Positions 5,341 through 5,508 of a stretch of 5,508 nucleotides of DNA are shown here, in pieces; within the stretch, counting starts at the first letter, position 1; each line of letters starts with the position of its first letter. The DNA comes from an archaeon (GTDB lineage Archaea > Iainarchaeota > Iainarchaeia > Iainarchaeales > CSSED10-239), in contig JBAWVI010000063.1 of NCBI GenBank assembly GCA_037147375.1, positions 1 to 5,508 of the forward strand. The letters are read 5' to 3'. The position numbers and the translations under genes were made by a program. The notes below the pieces were generated by a model. It was not told the origin of the DNA. It worked only from the letters and a program-made list of their open reading frames with translations, and searched no databases.

Positions 5341-5424
5341 TTGAAATTAAGTAAGGGTTCTGGTTTTTTATCCCCTCAAAGATTTAAAGAAAGATTTAAT
5401 ATTCCTCACCCTTTAATTTCATGC
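5339..5424. other. Long-range inverted repeat enclosing a ~50-nt interior: candidate structured RNA or 5' leader element (strand unresolved)
   Basis: GCTTGAAATTAA (5339-5350) pairs with TTAATTTCATGC (5413-5424) at 11/12 positions. After a 3-nt bulge, AGGGT (5354-5358) pairs with ACCCT (5408-5412). The same GGG can alternatively pair with CCCC at 5372-5375. The interior contains a T6 run (5364-5369), two CCTCA motifs (5374-5378, 5404-5408) and a direct repeat. Confidence 0.3.
5378..5399. repeat. Direct repeat AAAGATTTAA x2 (period 12)
   Basis: AAAGATTTAA occurs at 5378-5387 and again at 5390-5399, separated by AG. Confidence 0.5.
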
Positions 5425-5435
5425 TACATAATAAT

Positions 5436-5490
5436 AAAGAAAAGGAAAGAAAAAGAAAGAAAAACAAAAAGAAAAAAAAATTAAAAAAAA
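5436..5490. repeat. ~55-nt polypurine (A/G) low-complexity tract
   Basis: AAAGAAAAGGAAAGAAAAAGAAAGAAAAACAAAAAGAAAAAAAAATTAAAAAAAA contains only one C and two T on the plus strand. It mirrors the pyrimidine-rich repeat block at 5251-5300. Confidence 0.7.
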
Positions 5491-5494
5491 GGTG
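5491..5494 (+). promoter_or_regulatory. Probable Shine-Dalgarno site (GGTG) for a plus-strand gene starting at the window edge
   Basis: AAAAGGTGAAATGAAAATATGA. ATG 5497 opens only a 3-codon ORF (MKI*). ATG 5505-5507, 10 nt after GGTG, could open a gene that continues beyond the window. This cannot be verified from the window. Confidence 0.35.
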
Positions 5495-5508
5495 AAATGA
5501 AAATATGA

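Noticed and set aside
5353-5400. Local resemblance to the preQ1-I riboswitch aptamer. AAGGGUUCUGG...CCCCUC + A-rich tail compares with B. subtilis AGAGGUUCUAGCUACACCCUCUAUAAAAAACUAA (recalled from memory).
   Set aside because: I cannot find the 3' segment needed to pair with the loop (the P2 pseudoknot). The A-rich tail is interrupted by GAUUU repeats. The element lies about 100 nt or more from the nearest SD, and preQ1-I riboswitches are a bacterial class. It needs an Infernal scan before it can be claimed.
5339-5425. Possible tRNA: a 7-bp terminal stem GCTTGAA/TTCATGC and a length of ~86 nt.
   Set aside because: There is no D-arm pairing after the acceptor strand, no GTTCRA-type T-loop (the T-arm position reads ATTCCTCACCCTTTAAT), and a T-T mismatch in the acceptor stem.
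5421-5495. 24-aa ultra-basic upstream ORF (MLHNNKEKERKRKKNKKKKKLKKR*) whose TGA overlaps the GGTGA SD. It could be a Lys-rich leader peptide or a poly-A stalling element.
   Set aside because: Any frame through a polypurine tract yields K/R/E-rich peptides, there is no RBS before ATG 5421, and there is no way to test conservation here. It is worth a look only if ribosome profiling or comparative data become available.
5497-5508. A coding gene starting at ATG 5497.
   Set aside because: That frame reads ATG AAA ATA TGA, which is 3 codons. Only ATG 5505 could continue beyond the window, and 4 nt is not enough to call a CDS.
1-5508. Mobile element, prophage or defence-island hallmarks.
   Set aside because: No integrase, transposase or recombinase-like ORF, no terminal inverted repeats bracketing a gene set, no tRNA attachment site, and no visible compositional break between genes.

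Overview
AT-rich (roughly 70% A+T by eye), tightly packed prokaryotic window. It holds six protein-coding genes in three strand blocks (<- <- | -> -> | <- <-) and an unusually long (>=320 nt) repeat-rich non-coding region at the right end. Stops are standard TAA/TGA, so there is no sign of a recoded genetic code. Five genes are recognisable. (1) A small Pol-beta-type nucleotidyltransferase, partial, 1-470 minus, found by manual translation and absent from the ORF track. (2) A Rossmann/SAM-methyltransferase-like hypothetical protein (485-1243). (3) An Asp/Glu-family racemase with both catalytic Cys (1322-2011). (4) A PPC/DUF296 protein (3712-4191). (5) A ribose-phosphate pyrophosphokinase (Prs) homologue whose catalytic and PRPP-loop motifs are visibly degenerate (4264-5184). 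The sixth gene is a 528-aa highly charged orphan (2095-3681; the track's TTG start at 2023 is probably wrong) that I cannot place in any family. SD-less first genes have TATA-like boxes about 25-35 nt upstream, and other genes have GGGAG/GGTG Shine-Dalgarno sites. This pattern suggests an archaeon with a small genome (DPANN-like), but a CPR-type bacterium cannot be excluded from sequence alone. I saw no transposase, integrase, CRISPR array, tRNA or rRNA. The best candidates for something new are the orphan protein, its possible functional link to the convergent degenerate-Prs/PPC operon, and the structured, iteron-like right-hand intergenic region. All functional links are hypotheses; no searches could be run.
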